Source of the DNA: an uncultured virus (IMG/VR IMGVR_UViG_3300033069_000856)
Lineage: Duplodnaviria > Heunggongvirae > Uroviricota > Caudoviricetes
DNA length: 64,000 bases
Strand: one strand, 5' to 3'
IMG/VR virus record: IMGVR_UViG_3300033069_000856
This document shows positions 1 through 9,980 of the stretch, piece after piece. Position 1 is the stretch's first letter, and the number at the start of each line of letters is the position of its first letter. Both the position numbers and the translations under genes were made by a program. Below the pieces are notes generated by a model. The model was not told where the DNA came from. It saw nothing but the letters and a program-made list of their open reading frames with translations, and did not search any database.

Positions 1-39
1 AGATATGAAGCACTCAGATATCTGGGATTCAATCCGGGA

Positions 40-252
40 TTGTTGTGTGCAACTGAATGTGAAGGTGCCATTTTGAGCAATAAGCAGAAATTCATCGTGC
101 ATCTATCTGATCAAGCTACAGGTGACTTTGTAGAGAGGGTCGAGGTAGAAGCGCTAGACAACGTCGAAGCAAGAGAGATTGCTGACGTTCAAGCTACTAA
201 GAAAAAGCTGCAAGTCACACGGCTCTACCCAAAAATTCAAAAGAAGCACTGA
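40..252 (+). CDS. hypothetical protein (true start may be TTG at 73)
   Basis: ORF ending 11 nt before the polymerase gene. Confidence 0.5.
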   Translation: MLCATECEGAILSNKQKFIVHLSDQATGDFVERVEVEALDNVEAREIADVQATKKKLQVTRLYPKIQKKH

Positions 253-263
253 TCGGAAATAGT

Positions 264-2660
264 ATGGAAGTAAACCAAGCAGAAATTGAACTGCCAAATG
301 AGTTAGCTACTGTTGTTAAACCTGTATTTGATTTCGTACCGGAAGGTCCATTCGAGCGCGCAATGAATATGCTTGGGACAACCCAGGACAAGTTCATTGA
401 GCTACTCATATCCAACCGGTACGAGCTTCCAATGGACAAGGAGCTTACTGAGCGGGCCCGGCATATCCCACCTCAGACGTCCCAAGGAGTTATTGGAGCG
501 CATAAGAGCGATGTCCTGATTATCGGCAAAATGCCTAATAACTTCGAGGCTAACACCGGCGTACCCTTTGTTGGGACAGCCGGTAAGCTCTGGAGGGACT
601 TCTTCAAGGACAAGGGCGTTACTACCACCAACTGGATGATCACTTATGCCGTAACATTCCGGGTGCCGGAGTTCCTTGCCGGTAAGGGGCAGATCAAGTC
701 GGCTTACCTGAAGGATGGGTTGGCTCTGCTCAGTAAGGTAGTAGAAGAGGTCCAGCCCAAGTTCGTACTGCTCTTCGGAGCTGACGCACTTAAAGCCTGG
801 AATACGCTCTACGATAAGAAGAGGGCCAGCGCAGAGAAGTTTTCCAACTCTCGAGGTACTGTTCTAAAGTACCCAGATGGGCGGGTTGCTATTTGCTGTA
901 TTAGCCCGAATGATGTTGTTCTGAACCCATCCCAAGCCCCTGAATTTGAGCGTGATCTAAACCTGTTCTTTGAGGTGCTTACTAAAGGTGAAAGAAAATC
1001 ATCCATTAACCCAAAAGTGGATGTAGTAGATACTATTGCTGGGTTAACTACAGCCGTAGATTCTTTCATAAGTCAAACAGACAGGCTAAAATACAGCGTT
1101 GATCTAGAGTGGGGGCCTAATGAGGTTTTACGTACTATCCAGATAGCTAACTGTAAAGAGCACTGTTTGGTTGTCCATCTGAATAAAGCTCTAATGGTAC
1201 CCACAGAGCTTCATACACGATATCCTGAAACTATTGAGCACCTTAAGCGGCTATTTCATCGTAAAGGTGTAGGTATTATCGGGCATAATGTTCGTGGTGA
1301 TATTAAGGTTCTGCGTAAGCAAGGGCTGGATCTTCTACAGCAGTTCTTGCTTGACGGGTTTGATACCATGATCGGGGTGCATACTATTCCTGGCAAAGAA
1401 GAGACTGACAAACAATTAGAGCTTGTCAGCTTTTGTATGCTTGGCACAGATAGGTACGATAAGCCTGTACGCGAATGGTTACGTTCAAACGGGTATGGGG
1501 ATGAGAAGCTTGCCGAACGCGCCTACGGAGATATCCCTGATGATCTTCTTATTCCATATGGTGCTATGGATGCCTGTTGCACTTACGGACTGTTCGAAGT
1601 CATTATCGAAGAAATGAAGAAGTGGCCGGGTGTAGTTGACCTGTATTACAAGGTTTGTCATCCTGTTAATGAGCCAATTTTGGAAATGGAAGAAGAGGGG
1701 CTGCCTGTAGACGTAGATCGCCTGCTAAAGCTATCTGATCTATTTCTAGAAAAGAAAGAACAGCTTTTAGCTGAACTACAGAAGGATATTGGGTGGGAAT
1801 CTCACACTGAGCAAGTTACAGTACAACTAAAGACAACCACCAAAATCAAGACTATAGTGCATGATGGATTTAATCCAGATTCCGTAGATCAGATGCGTGA
1901 GCTGCTATTTGGAATTATCAAGGTTAAGAATGGGGAGCCACAACGCAAGTCCCCGCCTAATGTTAAGTTGCTGAATCTTGAGCCAATCAAGTCTACAGCC
2001 GATTTAAATTGGGATGATGTTGTTGCAGCCAAGAAGACCCACCTCTATAGCCCAAGCACAGACTCAGAGTCTTTAGGTATTCTGGCATCTGAGCACCCTG
2101 TCGTCAGTAAGATCAAGACGTATAAACTGATCTCCCAGGCGACTAAAATGTTCCTGACAAAATATGAGAAACAACCAGATGGTACTATAAAATTTGAAGG
2201 TGGCGTAGGGGCTACGCTATCAGCAGATAACCGTATGCGCACTCGGTTCCGTACTACCTTAGAGACTGGGCGTTACGCCACTAGCCCATCTGCTCAGTGT
2301 TTCCCAAAGAAGACAGAGGCAGATACTCTGGCAGCGTTTAAAGACTCTAACGGAAAAATAGATCCACGATACGCTAGCATCAGGTCTATCTTTGTAGCTA
2401 AGCCTGGGGATGTCCTTATCGAAGGTGACTGGGCGTCAGCAGAGCTGTTCGTATTAGCCGCTATTTCCGGAGATAAGAAGTTTGCGGAGCGGTTAGCTAA
2501 ATCAGATGTCCACTCTGCTACCACTATTGAAATCTTTGCAGATAAGGTAATTGACGGCATCAGGCTCGGCGACTTGAAGGTAGAGGAGTTCGAAAAACTT
2601 CGCAAGACAAGTCCTGGAATGCAAGGTGCTCGAACAGCTATTAAATCATTGTCATTCGGT
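264..2660 (+). CDS. polA: DNA polymerase family A, exon 1 (N-terminal UDG family-4-like domain, 3'-5' exonuclease, polymerase up to motif B)
   Basis: IIGKMPN..E..G.PFVG.AG (UDG4/SPO1-polymerase-like); Exo motifs SVDLE, IGHNVRGD, YGAMDA; TGR; motif A DWASAEL; ends in motif B RTAIKSLSFG at the splice site. Confidence 0.9.
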
Positions 2661-3749
2661 AAAATAATTTGCTATACTTGATGGATGGGGACTCTTCCGA
2701 AAAATACTCTTAGATATTCTAATGTGTGTAAACACTGTAAGACTCGGTTTAACTCTAGCAATAAACTAACTAACACCTGTTCAGCCAAGTGTTTAAAGGC
2801 ATGGCGGACAAAGACAGTGAAATGCAAGAACTGTAAGGTAAAATTTGTGTCCGCCCACCCTAGGACTAAGTTTTGCAGCCAGAGATGTAAATCTGCAAAA
2901 AATACTAGAGACCGACTTAAAGGTGTAAAGCGTGTTTGTCCTAATTGTTGCGAGAAATTTCATCCCCGTTCTACTCCTACCAGGTTCTGCTCGCAATCTT
3001 GTAATATAACATACACAACACTACGGCTAACTAAAGTACTTGAATGCATAGACTGTAGAGAAAAATTTGAATTTTCAGGTAGGACTAAGGCAAAACGCTG
3101 TTTAGCCTGTAGGAGACTATGGGCTAACGTAAAAACCAAAGAGTACGCCATAAAAGTGGGTAAAATAGAAAAGCCCTACGTTGGCTCTGGTGGTAACCAA
3201 AAAGGCGATAAGAACCATCGTTGGAATCCCAACAGTAAATATCATGGGTTTAAGAAACGTGCGGATATTACTTATAGGCGAGCATGCTATAAGTACTGGC
3301 CAAAGAAGTGTATGGCATGTGGTACGCTAAAGAATATACACGTACACCATGTAAACGGTGACCCTAGGGATTCTAGCCCATGGAATTTAGTACCATTGTG
3401 TGTTACCTGTCACATCAGCAAGGTACATAAAGCAGCCGCTAAGAGAGAGACTTCGGAAGAGCTCTTACTAGCATTAGAAGAATACTGGCCAGACGCCAGA
3501 GTTGAAATTGAAAAGTGTAAGCAAAAGTGTGCCGAATTAAAATCGCGGAATGAAGCGAGAAAAGCCAGAACGGCCAACTCGAACCGAAGTACAATCTAAC
3601 AAACTGTACAGGGGCAACGCATAGTGGATGAACCCAGTAATGGAATATAAGCCACCACGAGGCCGCGACACCGTAAGGTGAAAAAGTATGCTGAACTATA
3701 TGGGAACATATAGAAGTTTGGGATAAAAAGCCCAGACGATAACAAATTG
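2661..3749 (+). mobile_element. group I self-splicing intron in polA motif B (1089 nt)
   Basis: 5' exon ends ttcggT and intron ends in G (3749); removal restores KSLSFG|IPYG in frame; IGS tgccgaa 3530-3536 pairs with ttcggta; P3 tcgcgg 3543-3548/ccgcga 3663-3668; P7 gcata 3619-3623/tatgc 3687-3691; P8 cacc-gtaa-ggtg; P9 hairpins. Confidence 0.9.
2685..3599 (+). CDS. intron-encoded HNH homing endonuclease with repeated Cys zinc-ribbon units
   Basis: four CxxC...F...C(S/L)xxC units; C-terminal CMAC...HVHHVNGDPRDSSPWNLVPLCVTCH. Confidence 0.85.
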   Translation: MGTLPKNTLRYSNVCKHCKTRFNSSNKLTNTCSAKCLKAWRTKTVKCKNCKVKFVSAHPRTKFCSQRCKSAKNTRDRLKGVKRVCPNCCEKFHPRSTPTRFCSQSCNITYTTLRLTKVLECIDCREKFEFSGRTKAKRCLACRRLWANVKTKEYAIKVGKIEKPYVGSGGNQKGDKNHRWNPNSKYHGFKKRADITYRRACYKYWPKKCMACGTLKNIHVHHVNGDPRDSSPWNLVPLCVTCHISKVHKAAAKRETSEELLLALEEYWPDARVEIEKCKQKCAELKSRNEARKARTANSNRSTI

Positions 3750-4331
3750 ATACCGTATGGACGAGGACCTAAAGCTATCAGTAGAGAAGTGAGTAAAGCC
3801 GGTGTACCATTTACACCAGATCAAGCTAAAGTAGCCATTAACGCATATCTATCTACATACCCAGACATCGCTAGATATTTGAATGAATGTGCAGATTCTG
3901 TCTTGTCTCCTGGATACATTCAAGGGCTATACGGGCGCTACCGTATGGCGGGTATACTTGAAGATGAAGCAGTTGTGGCCAGCTATCAAAGACAGTTTAA
4001 AAACTGGAGAATCCAAAACGCAATTGGTGACGCAATGTCGATGGCGCTCATTAACTTTTCACGTTTGCGCTCTCTAATCCCTAATATCGACTATCGCATT
4101 TTGTTGAGTATACATGATGCTATACTAGTATCTTGCCCTGGGCCTTGTGCGAAAGACGTCATTGAAAAGGTATTCAAAATTGGTATGACCGATGGGCTAG
4201 TTCTTCCTGGTATTAATGTTAGCCTTCCTCTTGGGACACCAGATATCTACTTGCGATGGGGTGAGAAACCTGATCCTACTAGCCTCGAAGAGATTGGTGT
4301 AGCTCGTGAATATTGTGGATTTAAAGACTAA
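3750..4331 (+). CDS. polA: DNA polymerase family A, exon 2
   Basis: IPYG end of motif B, GY...GRYR, NWRIQ, motif C SIHDA; spliced product 992 aa. Confidence 0.88.
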   Translation: MPYGRGPKAISREVSKAGVPFTPDQAKVAINAYLSTYPDIARYLNECADSVLSPGYIQGLYGRYRMAGILEDEAVVASYQRQFKNWRIQNAIGDAMSMALINFSRLRSLIPNIDYRILLSIHDAILVSCPGPCAKDVIEKVFKIGMTDGLVLPGINVSLPLGTPDIYLRWGEKPDPTSLEEIGVAREYCGFKD

Positions 4332-4373
4332 GATTAGCAGTTAATTTTGCATCATTTTTTGGAGTTTAATTTT

Positions 4374-5729
4374 ATGCGTATTTCTGATCTGAACAGTGGC
4401 GGTAACGGCACACTTCCTGGGATGTTTGTAACCCAAGAGAACTCAGGAATGCAGGTGTATTCTCTGAGCTGGGACCGCCCCACTATCATCAAGATTCTCC
4501 CTGCAGTAGAAGCTCAACAGATTCAGCCATGCTGGAAAAGCCAAGACGAAGTATCTGATTGGGTTCGTACTCTGCCAAAGTATGTCCGTGCAGCAGGCAC
4601 TGCTCGCCGCATCTCCTTTGACTGCACTCTCAGCGCCTCTGAGCAGCACATGTACACTGAGAGCCCCTATGAGCGCATGCGTCGTCTGTTCGACCAGCGT
4701 GCCAAGATGCCGGGCAATGCAGAACTCAAGGTAATGCTGTTTGAGGGTAATGCTACCCGTGGGCCGGTCATGCCGAAGCCTGCAATGTTTGGGGTAGTGG
4801 AATGTGTTATGTATTTTCATGATGGAAAAGACTTCTCAGCCAGGCCTAAGATGAATGTGCTGCAGGTCATCAGCCGCACCGGTCTGCAGAGCCTGACCCG
4901 CCTGCTTCAGCAGCAGTCTGCTGATGGGCGTCCTCTGATTGGGGACCCGATGGACCCGACCAACCGCACTATGTTCCTGTTCCAGCGGAAGGACATTGCT
5001 CCAATGGTTCCACTCGGTTGGACCTTAGGCACCTCTGGTGAGACATCGTCAGCCCCATCAGATGGTAGGGAGTTCAAAGCTCACACGTGCTTTGCAGTGA
5101 CCCCTCCCGCCAATATCATCACCCCAAGCGCCGAGCACATCAAGCAAGCTTGGAAGCCCTGGGAGAAGATTCTGCGCCGCCTCTCAGCAGAAGAGCAACT
5201 TGCACAGCTTTGCTCCGCCTTCGATGCTTGGATCCTCAAAGATGCTTTCATGGGCTCAGAGTTTGAGAGCCGTCTCCCTGATTTCATCAAGAATGCAAAG
5301 GTCGGAATGCCTGTGCAGCAGCCTCAGCAGTTCCAACCCCAGCAGCAGCCACAGCAGTGGCAGACAGCTTCGCACTACCCACAGCAGCCACAGCAGATGT
5401 CTTATCCGCAGCAGCCATGGGGCCAGCCTCAGCCGATGATGCAGCAGCCGCAGCAGCAAAACTGGGCTCCTCAGCAGCCACAGGCTCCACTACAGGCAGC
5501 GCAGCCCTTCGGCAATCCATTCGATACTGGGGAGGGGGATGGGCACGAGGAAGAGCGTATGCAGCCCCAGCAGGCCCCACAGGGCCAGCCTCAGTACCCA
5601 CAGCAGATTCAACCCCCCGCACAAGCGCAGTCTGTGGCTATCCCAACGGGGGCAGTCAACCAGACTCGACTGAACGACAATCTTGCAGCTCTGCAAGGAT
5701 TGGTCAACCGGCGTCCAACAGGTAACTAA
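4374..5729 (+). CDS. putative single-stranded DNA-binding/replication protein with Q/P-rich C-terminal tail
   Basis: directly after the polymerase; IIKILPA resembles gp32-type SSB segments; low-complexity tail; function is inferred. Confidence 0.4.
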   Translation: MRISDLNSGGNGTLPGMFVTQENSGMQVYSLSWDRPTIIKILPAVEAQQIQPCWKSQDEVSDWVRTLPKYVRAAGTARRISFDCTLSASEQHMYTESPYERMRRLFDQRAKMPGNAELKVMLFEGNATRGPVMPKPAMFGVVECVMYFHDGKDFSARPKMNVLQVISRTGLQSLTRLLQQQSADGRPLIGDPMDPTNRTMFLFQRKDIAPMVPLGWTLGTSGETSSAPSDGREFKAHTCFAVTPPANIITPSAEHIKQAWKPWEKILRRLSAEEQLAQLCSAFDAWILKDAFMGSEFESRLPDFIKNAKVGMPVQQPQQFQPQQQPQQWQTASHYPQQPQQMSYPQQPWGQPQPMMQQPQQQNWAPQQPQAPLQAAQPFGNPFDTGEGDGHEEERMQPQQAPQGQPQYPQQIQPPAQAQSVAIPTGAVNQTRLNDNLAALQGLVNRRPTGN

Positions 5730-5738
5730 GGAGGAGAA

Positions 5739-5960
5739 TTGAAGGCATTAGACCTGAAAGTCCCATTGAGTATCCTTAATAGATCTGCGTATCCACAAAG
5801 TGTAGGCGTTAGTATTTATCCCCCTACCCCAGATAAGAGAATAGTTACAGCGTCAAAGACACTTCGTGGTAAGGGGACTAACTTTGACGAGTTCAATGAC
5901 ATCATCTTTTGCCTGCAAATTCCCTTGTATACAGCCGAGTGGTCCAATGAAAACTCTTAA
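5739..5960 (+). CDS. MxTL-family small protein (variant MKAL)
   Basis: strong SD aaggagg, TTG start; heads cluster 1. Confidence 0.65.
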   Translation: MKALDLKVPLSILNRSAYPQSVGVSIYPPTPDKRIVTASKTLRGKGTNFDEFNDIIFCLQIPLYTAEWSNENS

Positions 5961-6162
5961 CTGCATCCAATTGACTGAGTTAAACTATTTGGACTTAACC
6001 CCACTAGATTGTATCGTACTCCCATACGAGGACAGTGCAAGGCCGTGGAGAACAATGAAGTGCTATTACTCATCTACACCCAAGGTTTCTTACTACGGAG
6101 ACACACTTAGTTATCCAGACGCCTTGCGCATTCTTAATGTGAGGTGGACGTACTACACATGA
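5947..6162 (+). CDS. MxTL-family small protein (MKTLN)
   Basis: ATG overlaps upstream stop by 14 nt; RPWR motif. Confidence 0.7.
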   Translation: MKTLNCIQLTELNYLDLTPLDCIVLPYEDSARPWRTMKCYYSSTPKVSYYGDTLSYPDALRILNVRWTYYT

Positions 6163-6410
6163 AAACCTTGAAAAGAACCAAATGGGCTGAGTTAAATCGT
6201 TGGGACTTAGGGTCTTATGTGTGCGTTGGATATAGAATAACTGATAGTCCACATATAGCAATGAGGTACCACCTACCTGTATCTATATTCCAGACTTACT
6301 GGCATGCTTCCCTTGGGTTTTTTGAGTTACTCAAAGCATTAAAGATATCGTTCTTGGAGGTATGTCTAATCCATGCAAACCTTAGAGAATATCCACAATA
6401 CTGTAACTGA
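6159..6410 (+). CDS. MxTL-family small protein (MKTLK)
   Basis: ATGA overlap. Confidence 0.7.
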   Translation: MKTLKRTKWAELNRWDLGSYVCVGYRITDSPHIAMRYHLPVSIFQTYWHASLGFFELLKALKISFLEVCLIHANLREYPQYCN

Positions 6411-6588
6411 AGCAATGGATGAAGGAGACCATAGAAAGCCTCATCCATGCTGCTATACAGGAACCACGAATATCGGAGTATATGCTACAGCTACGTTTAA
6501 GTTCCTGAGTAAGGGTAAAAGGCGTACTGCCTTTTGGTGGGACTGTGAGTTAGGGTGGCCAGGAGTACTAGTTATTTTGGGGATCTAA
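6373..6588 (+). CDS. MxTL-family small protein (MQTLE)
   Basis: SD ggagg, overlapping start. Confidence 0.7.
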   Translation: MQTLENIHNTVTEAMDEGDHRKPHPCCYTGTTNIGVYATATFKFLSKGKRRTAFWWDCELGWPGVLVILGI

Positions 6589-6785
6589 TGGAAACACTTG
6601 AATGCTTGCAAGTATGCATAGCCTCTTTGATATGGCCTGTTAAGTTGTTTTGTATTGAAACCTGGCAGCCTGCTAGACATGGGTATAGAGAAATATACAT
6701 AGCTAGGTATACCCCAGGGTATTCACCGGAACTAACAATCGACTCTACACACTCAGTTCTATTGGATCAGTTAGGGCTACCATGA
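6588..6785 (+). CDS. MxTL-family small protein (METLE)
   Basis: TAATG overlap. Confidence 0.7.
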   Translation: METLECLQVCIASLIWPVKLFCIETWQPARHGYREIYIARYTPGYSPELTIDSTHSVLLDQLGLP

Positions 6786-6982
6786 GTACACTTGAATACA
6801 CTAAAGTGGCATTAGACACTTCAGTGCCGCATACTAGGTTCTTTTGTGATGTTGCATTAGGTACATGGCGAGAGGTTCATTACCTTAGGTACGATGTAAC
6901 ACAGTTGTACTCTAAAGATATAACGAACTGCATCCTTGAATCCAGTCATGAGTCTATGCTCCGTAAATTGAAAATAGGTTAA
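6782..6982 (+). CDS. MxTL-family small protein (MSTLE)
   Basis: ATGA overlap. Confidence 0.7.
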   Translation: MSTLEYTKVALDTSVPHTRFFCDVALGTWREVHYLRYDVTQLYSKDITNCILESSHESMLRKLKIG

Positions 6983-7010
6983 GCTGATCGCGATTAGAGA
7001 ATATTAAGGA

Positions 7011-8297
7011 ATGATTATGGCTAAGAAATCCGCCCCCAAGAAGGAAGAAGATGTGGGCGAAACAGTTACACCCGCTTCACCAGCAAAGCCGTCAGTAAGT
7101 CCGTTCTTTGAGAAAATGCTCCAAGCCAACCAGAAGCGGTTCGGCAAGTCCGGTACGTACGTAGCTACAGAAAACAGTATCGTCGGTCTTGAGCCTTACA
7201 GCATCGCCCTCCAGTATCTGATGCACCTGCAGGTAGTCCCACTACAAGCAATCATCATTATGGCTGGCGAGCCTAAGACCTATAAGACCTCCGGGCTACT
7301 AGAGTTTTGCAAGATGGGTATCCAGAACGTTGGATTCCCGAACCATCCAGGGCTGGGGGCTATTATCAATACCGAAGGCAAGTGGAGCGATAGCAAAGCT
7401 CAGAGCATGCTTCGTGATGATGCGAATAAGTTGGTAATACACCGCTGTACGAGCGTAGAGGAGTGGCAGACAACTGCTACCCACTATCTCTCGAATATGC
7501 GGGATGTGATTGCAAAGAAGAAGGAAGCCATTGCCAGTAAGGCCAAGAACTCAGAGTATAAGGACCTGGTCATCCCTCCGATGATCATCGGTATCGATAG
7601 TCTGACTGGCTCCCAGAGTGAAGCTGTCCAAGAGAAGCTGCTCAAGGAAGGTCATGGTGCTAAGACCTATCAGGACCGAGCGATGCTCAACTGGCAGTGG
7701 TTTGGTACTTGGGGTAGTAATCTGATTGGTCTGCCAGCAACTGTGATTGTGTCACAGCACCTGAAGGATCAACTGAATAATACCTCCGGTATTCCCACTA
7801 AGACCACCTCAGGTGGCACTGCAGATAGCTATGCCTGCAGTATGCAGATCCGAGTTCGTAATGCTGGGGCTATTGACCGGGCAGGGTATGATGGCTGCTA
7901 TCTGAATTGGAGCATGTACTTCAATAGCCTTGGACAAGATAAGAGGAAGATCAAGATCCCGTACATCGAGACGTACGATGACCAGGATAAGCAGTTGGCT
8001 TACTTCGACTGGGATGAGGCGCTGATTCTCTGTCTACTAGAGCGCTTTACTGAGTCTGAGTACAAGTCTCGGCTCCTCGAGGTTACGGGAGACATCACTG
8101 AGTACAGCAAACCAGGGGTAGGCAAGGTCTACTCCTGCGAACGACTAGGTATTTCTAAAGCTGATGCCATGGAGAATGGCGTCACGGCTAAGGTGCTTGG
8201 AGGTATCCTCCAGGACAAGGCGCAGCCGTATCGTGCAGAGCTGCAAAAAGCGCTACGAATCCAGAGTGCATCGATTTGGACCCCCGAGAGTTTCTAA
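7011..8297 (+). CDS. RecA/UvsX-like recombinase ATPase (divergent)
   Basis: Walker A-like GEPKTYKTS, INTEG, Walker B IGIDSL, SQH.K, TSGGTA..Y. Confidence 0.75.
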   Translation: MIMAKKSAPKKEEDVGETVTPASPAKPSVSPFFEKMLQANQKRFGKSGTYVATENSIVGLEPYSIALQYLMHLQVVPLQAIIIMAGEPKTYKTSGLLEFCKMGIQNVGFPNHPGLGAIINTEGKWSDSKAQSMLRDDANKLVIHRCTSVEEWQTTATHYLSNMRDVIAKKKEAIASKAKNSEYKDLVIPPMIIGIDSLTGSQSEAVQEKLLKEGHGAKTYQDRAMLNWQWFGTWGSNLIGLPATVIVSQHLKDQLNNTSGIPTKTTSGGTADSYACSMQIRVRNAGAIDRAGYDGCYLNWSMYFNSLGQDKRKIKIPYIETYDDQDKQLAYFDWDEALILCLLERFTESEYKSRLLEVTGDITEYSKPGVGKVYSCERLGISKADAMENGVTAKVLGGILQDKAQPYRAELQKALRIQSASIWTPESF

Positions 8298-8570
8298 ATG
8301 ACAATTAATACTGCAACACGTCTTATCGGCTCTACCGTGGTAGCTTGGGACCAGGAGAGTGACGGATATGTCGAAGGGAAGCTAGTCAAGGTGTTCGAGG
8401 ACACCGAACAAGCCTCCCTCGAAATCTCGAAGAACACGAGAGTAACGGTCGACCTGGCATTCATCAGCGAAGGCATTGCTGACGAAGTAATCCAGGAAGC
8501 CGAAACCGAGATCGTCAGGGATATCCCTGATTTCTCGGATGATGGTGATGGTGACCTTGAGTTAGTTTGA
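8298..8570 (+). CDS. hypothetical protein
   Basis: abuts recA-like gene; acidic tail. Confidence 0.6.
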   Translation: MTINTATRLIGSTVVAWDQESDGYVEGKLVKVFEDTEQASLEISKNTRVTVDLAFISEGIADEVIQEAETEIVRDIPDFSDDGDGDLELV

Positions 8571-8588
8571 GTTAGTAGAGTTTAACCA

Positions 8589-8620
8589 AAGCGGGAGGGC
8601 GTAAAGTCCTCCCGCTTTTT
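8589..8620 (+). terminator. intrinsic terminator
   Basis: aagcgggagggc-gtaaa-gtcctcccgct stem followed by T run. Confidence 0.75.
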
Positions 8621-8634
8621 CATAGGAGTGTATT

Positions 8635-9153
8635 ATGACCTTTCCGAAGACAGTAGTGTTCAAGAGTGAACTACCCGGTAGTACAATCAAGATGCTTGTG
8701 CTGGAGGCAAGCCACTTAACCCCAACGTTTCCACCGTTCTTCACAGCTTACATCGGTATCCCTTATTCCGAGGAATTAAAAGACGAATTTGAGGTTTGTG
8801 GATCAAAGTCTAATACTAAAGATCCCGGACGTTACTCTGGCCCCAAACCATTGTATGACATAATCCATTGGGGAGAAAAAGGCTCAGTAGCTATGGGTAT
8901 ACTCGAGCATTGCCCATCCTCAGTAACCTACGCAGAGGTAGCCTGTAGCAGCATTGCTGGTGATCGGCCAATAGGTGACAACTGTTACTGGTTCGGGTAT
9001 GATCGAGCCAGCTTCAATGACATAGCACGAAACACAGACACCAAGTCAATGGCCGTAATAAACGCTGAAGTAGATAATGTAATGCACTGGGCTTTTGCAG
9101 TCGATAAGATCATGAAGGGTAAGAATGCAAATCAAAATGCTAACTGTGATTAA
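8635..9153 (+). CDS. hypothetical protein
   Basis: SD aggag; YWFGYD motif. Confidence 0.6.
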   Translation: MTFPKTVVFKSELPGSTIKMLVLEASHLTPTFPPFFTAYIGIPYSEELKDEFEVCGSKSNTKDPGRYSGPKPLYDIIHWGEKGSVAMGILEHCPSSVTYAEVACSSIAGDRPIGDNCYWFGYDRASFNDIARNTDTKSMAVINAEVDNVMHWAFAVDKIMKGKNANQNANCD

Positions 9154-9517
9154 GGAAGAGCACGATATCCGTGCTCTGTACATCAAGGTACCAGTAGTTG
9201 ATGGGGATATGCCGAAGAACTTTCCTGGTAGGGTAGACGGCGTTTGGACAGCATCTATCGACGTCGAGAAATCAAAGATCCAAGGGCATAGCTGGCCAAC
9301 AGACATTACCGTAGACCTTCCTGGTATGGCTGAGGGTCTAGCTGCCTTACTCAATGAGAAGGGTGAGCGAGTACTCACTACCCAAGGTCCAATCAGTATG
9401 TACCTTACCATCAACCCAGATGGGACTATTGAAGGCGGAATTAAAGACAAGGTACTCACGATGGTAAATACGGTTAACGACAAAATCGGTGAGTTGATAG
9501 GGGATGAGCTTGAGTGA
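9125..9517 (+). CDS. hypothetical protein
   Basis: coupled ORF. Confidence 0.6.
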   Translation: MQIKMLTVIKEEHDIRALYIKVPVVDGDMPKNFPGRVDGVWTASIDVEKSKIQGHSWPTDITVDLPGMAEGLAALLNEKGERVLTTQGPISMYLTINPDGTIEGGIKDKVLTMVNTVNDKIGELIGDELE

Positions 9518-9980
9518 TTTCCATGAACTATTCCAAGCCCAGTTAGGTAAGACTAGGATTGACCCAAACAAGGCATTCTCACGCAAGCTAGCTTTTCAGA
9601 TTGCTAAGATCTTAGACGTCACCACGTTTGACGAGATGACATTAGATGTAGCCTTGGCTCCTATCGGACAAGCAGTTGCTATTGCCCAACGTCTAAAGAA
9701 ACCATTTGACCTGAATGAGCTAATGAAGAAAGGGTTGAAGGGCGAGCTCAGGGACTTGCTGGATGAGCTAGAGTCCAGGAACCCAGACGCAGACTTCCGT
9801 ATCGGATTCTTTGGTCGCAGAGGTTCAGGCATGAAGGATATGGTCTTTACCAACTCTGACCTGCTCATCAGCAACCGGTTTTCATACATCCGTATCCCAA
9901 ATCCGCTATCATCAACACCTGAGCTATACCTACAAACGATTGACGGGTTCATCGATAATCTCCCAATGCTTAAGAAGTGA
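9504..9980 (+). CDS. hypothetical protein
   Basis: coupled ORF. Confidence 0.6.
   Translation: MSLSDFHELFQAQLGKTRIDPNKAFSRKLAFQIAKILDVTTFDEMTLDVALAPIGQAVAIAQRLKKPFDLNELMKKGLKGELRDLLDELESRNPDADFRIGFFGRRGSGMKDMVFTNSDLLISNRFSYIRIPNPLSSTPELYLQTIDGFIDNLPMLKK

Noticed and set aside
3747..3749. TTG as an independent start for the polymerase C-terminal part
   Set aside because: It is the end of the intron (terminal G at 3749); splicing restores motif B exactly
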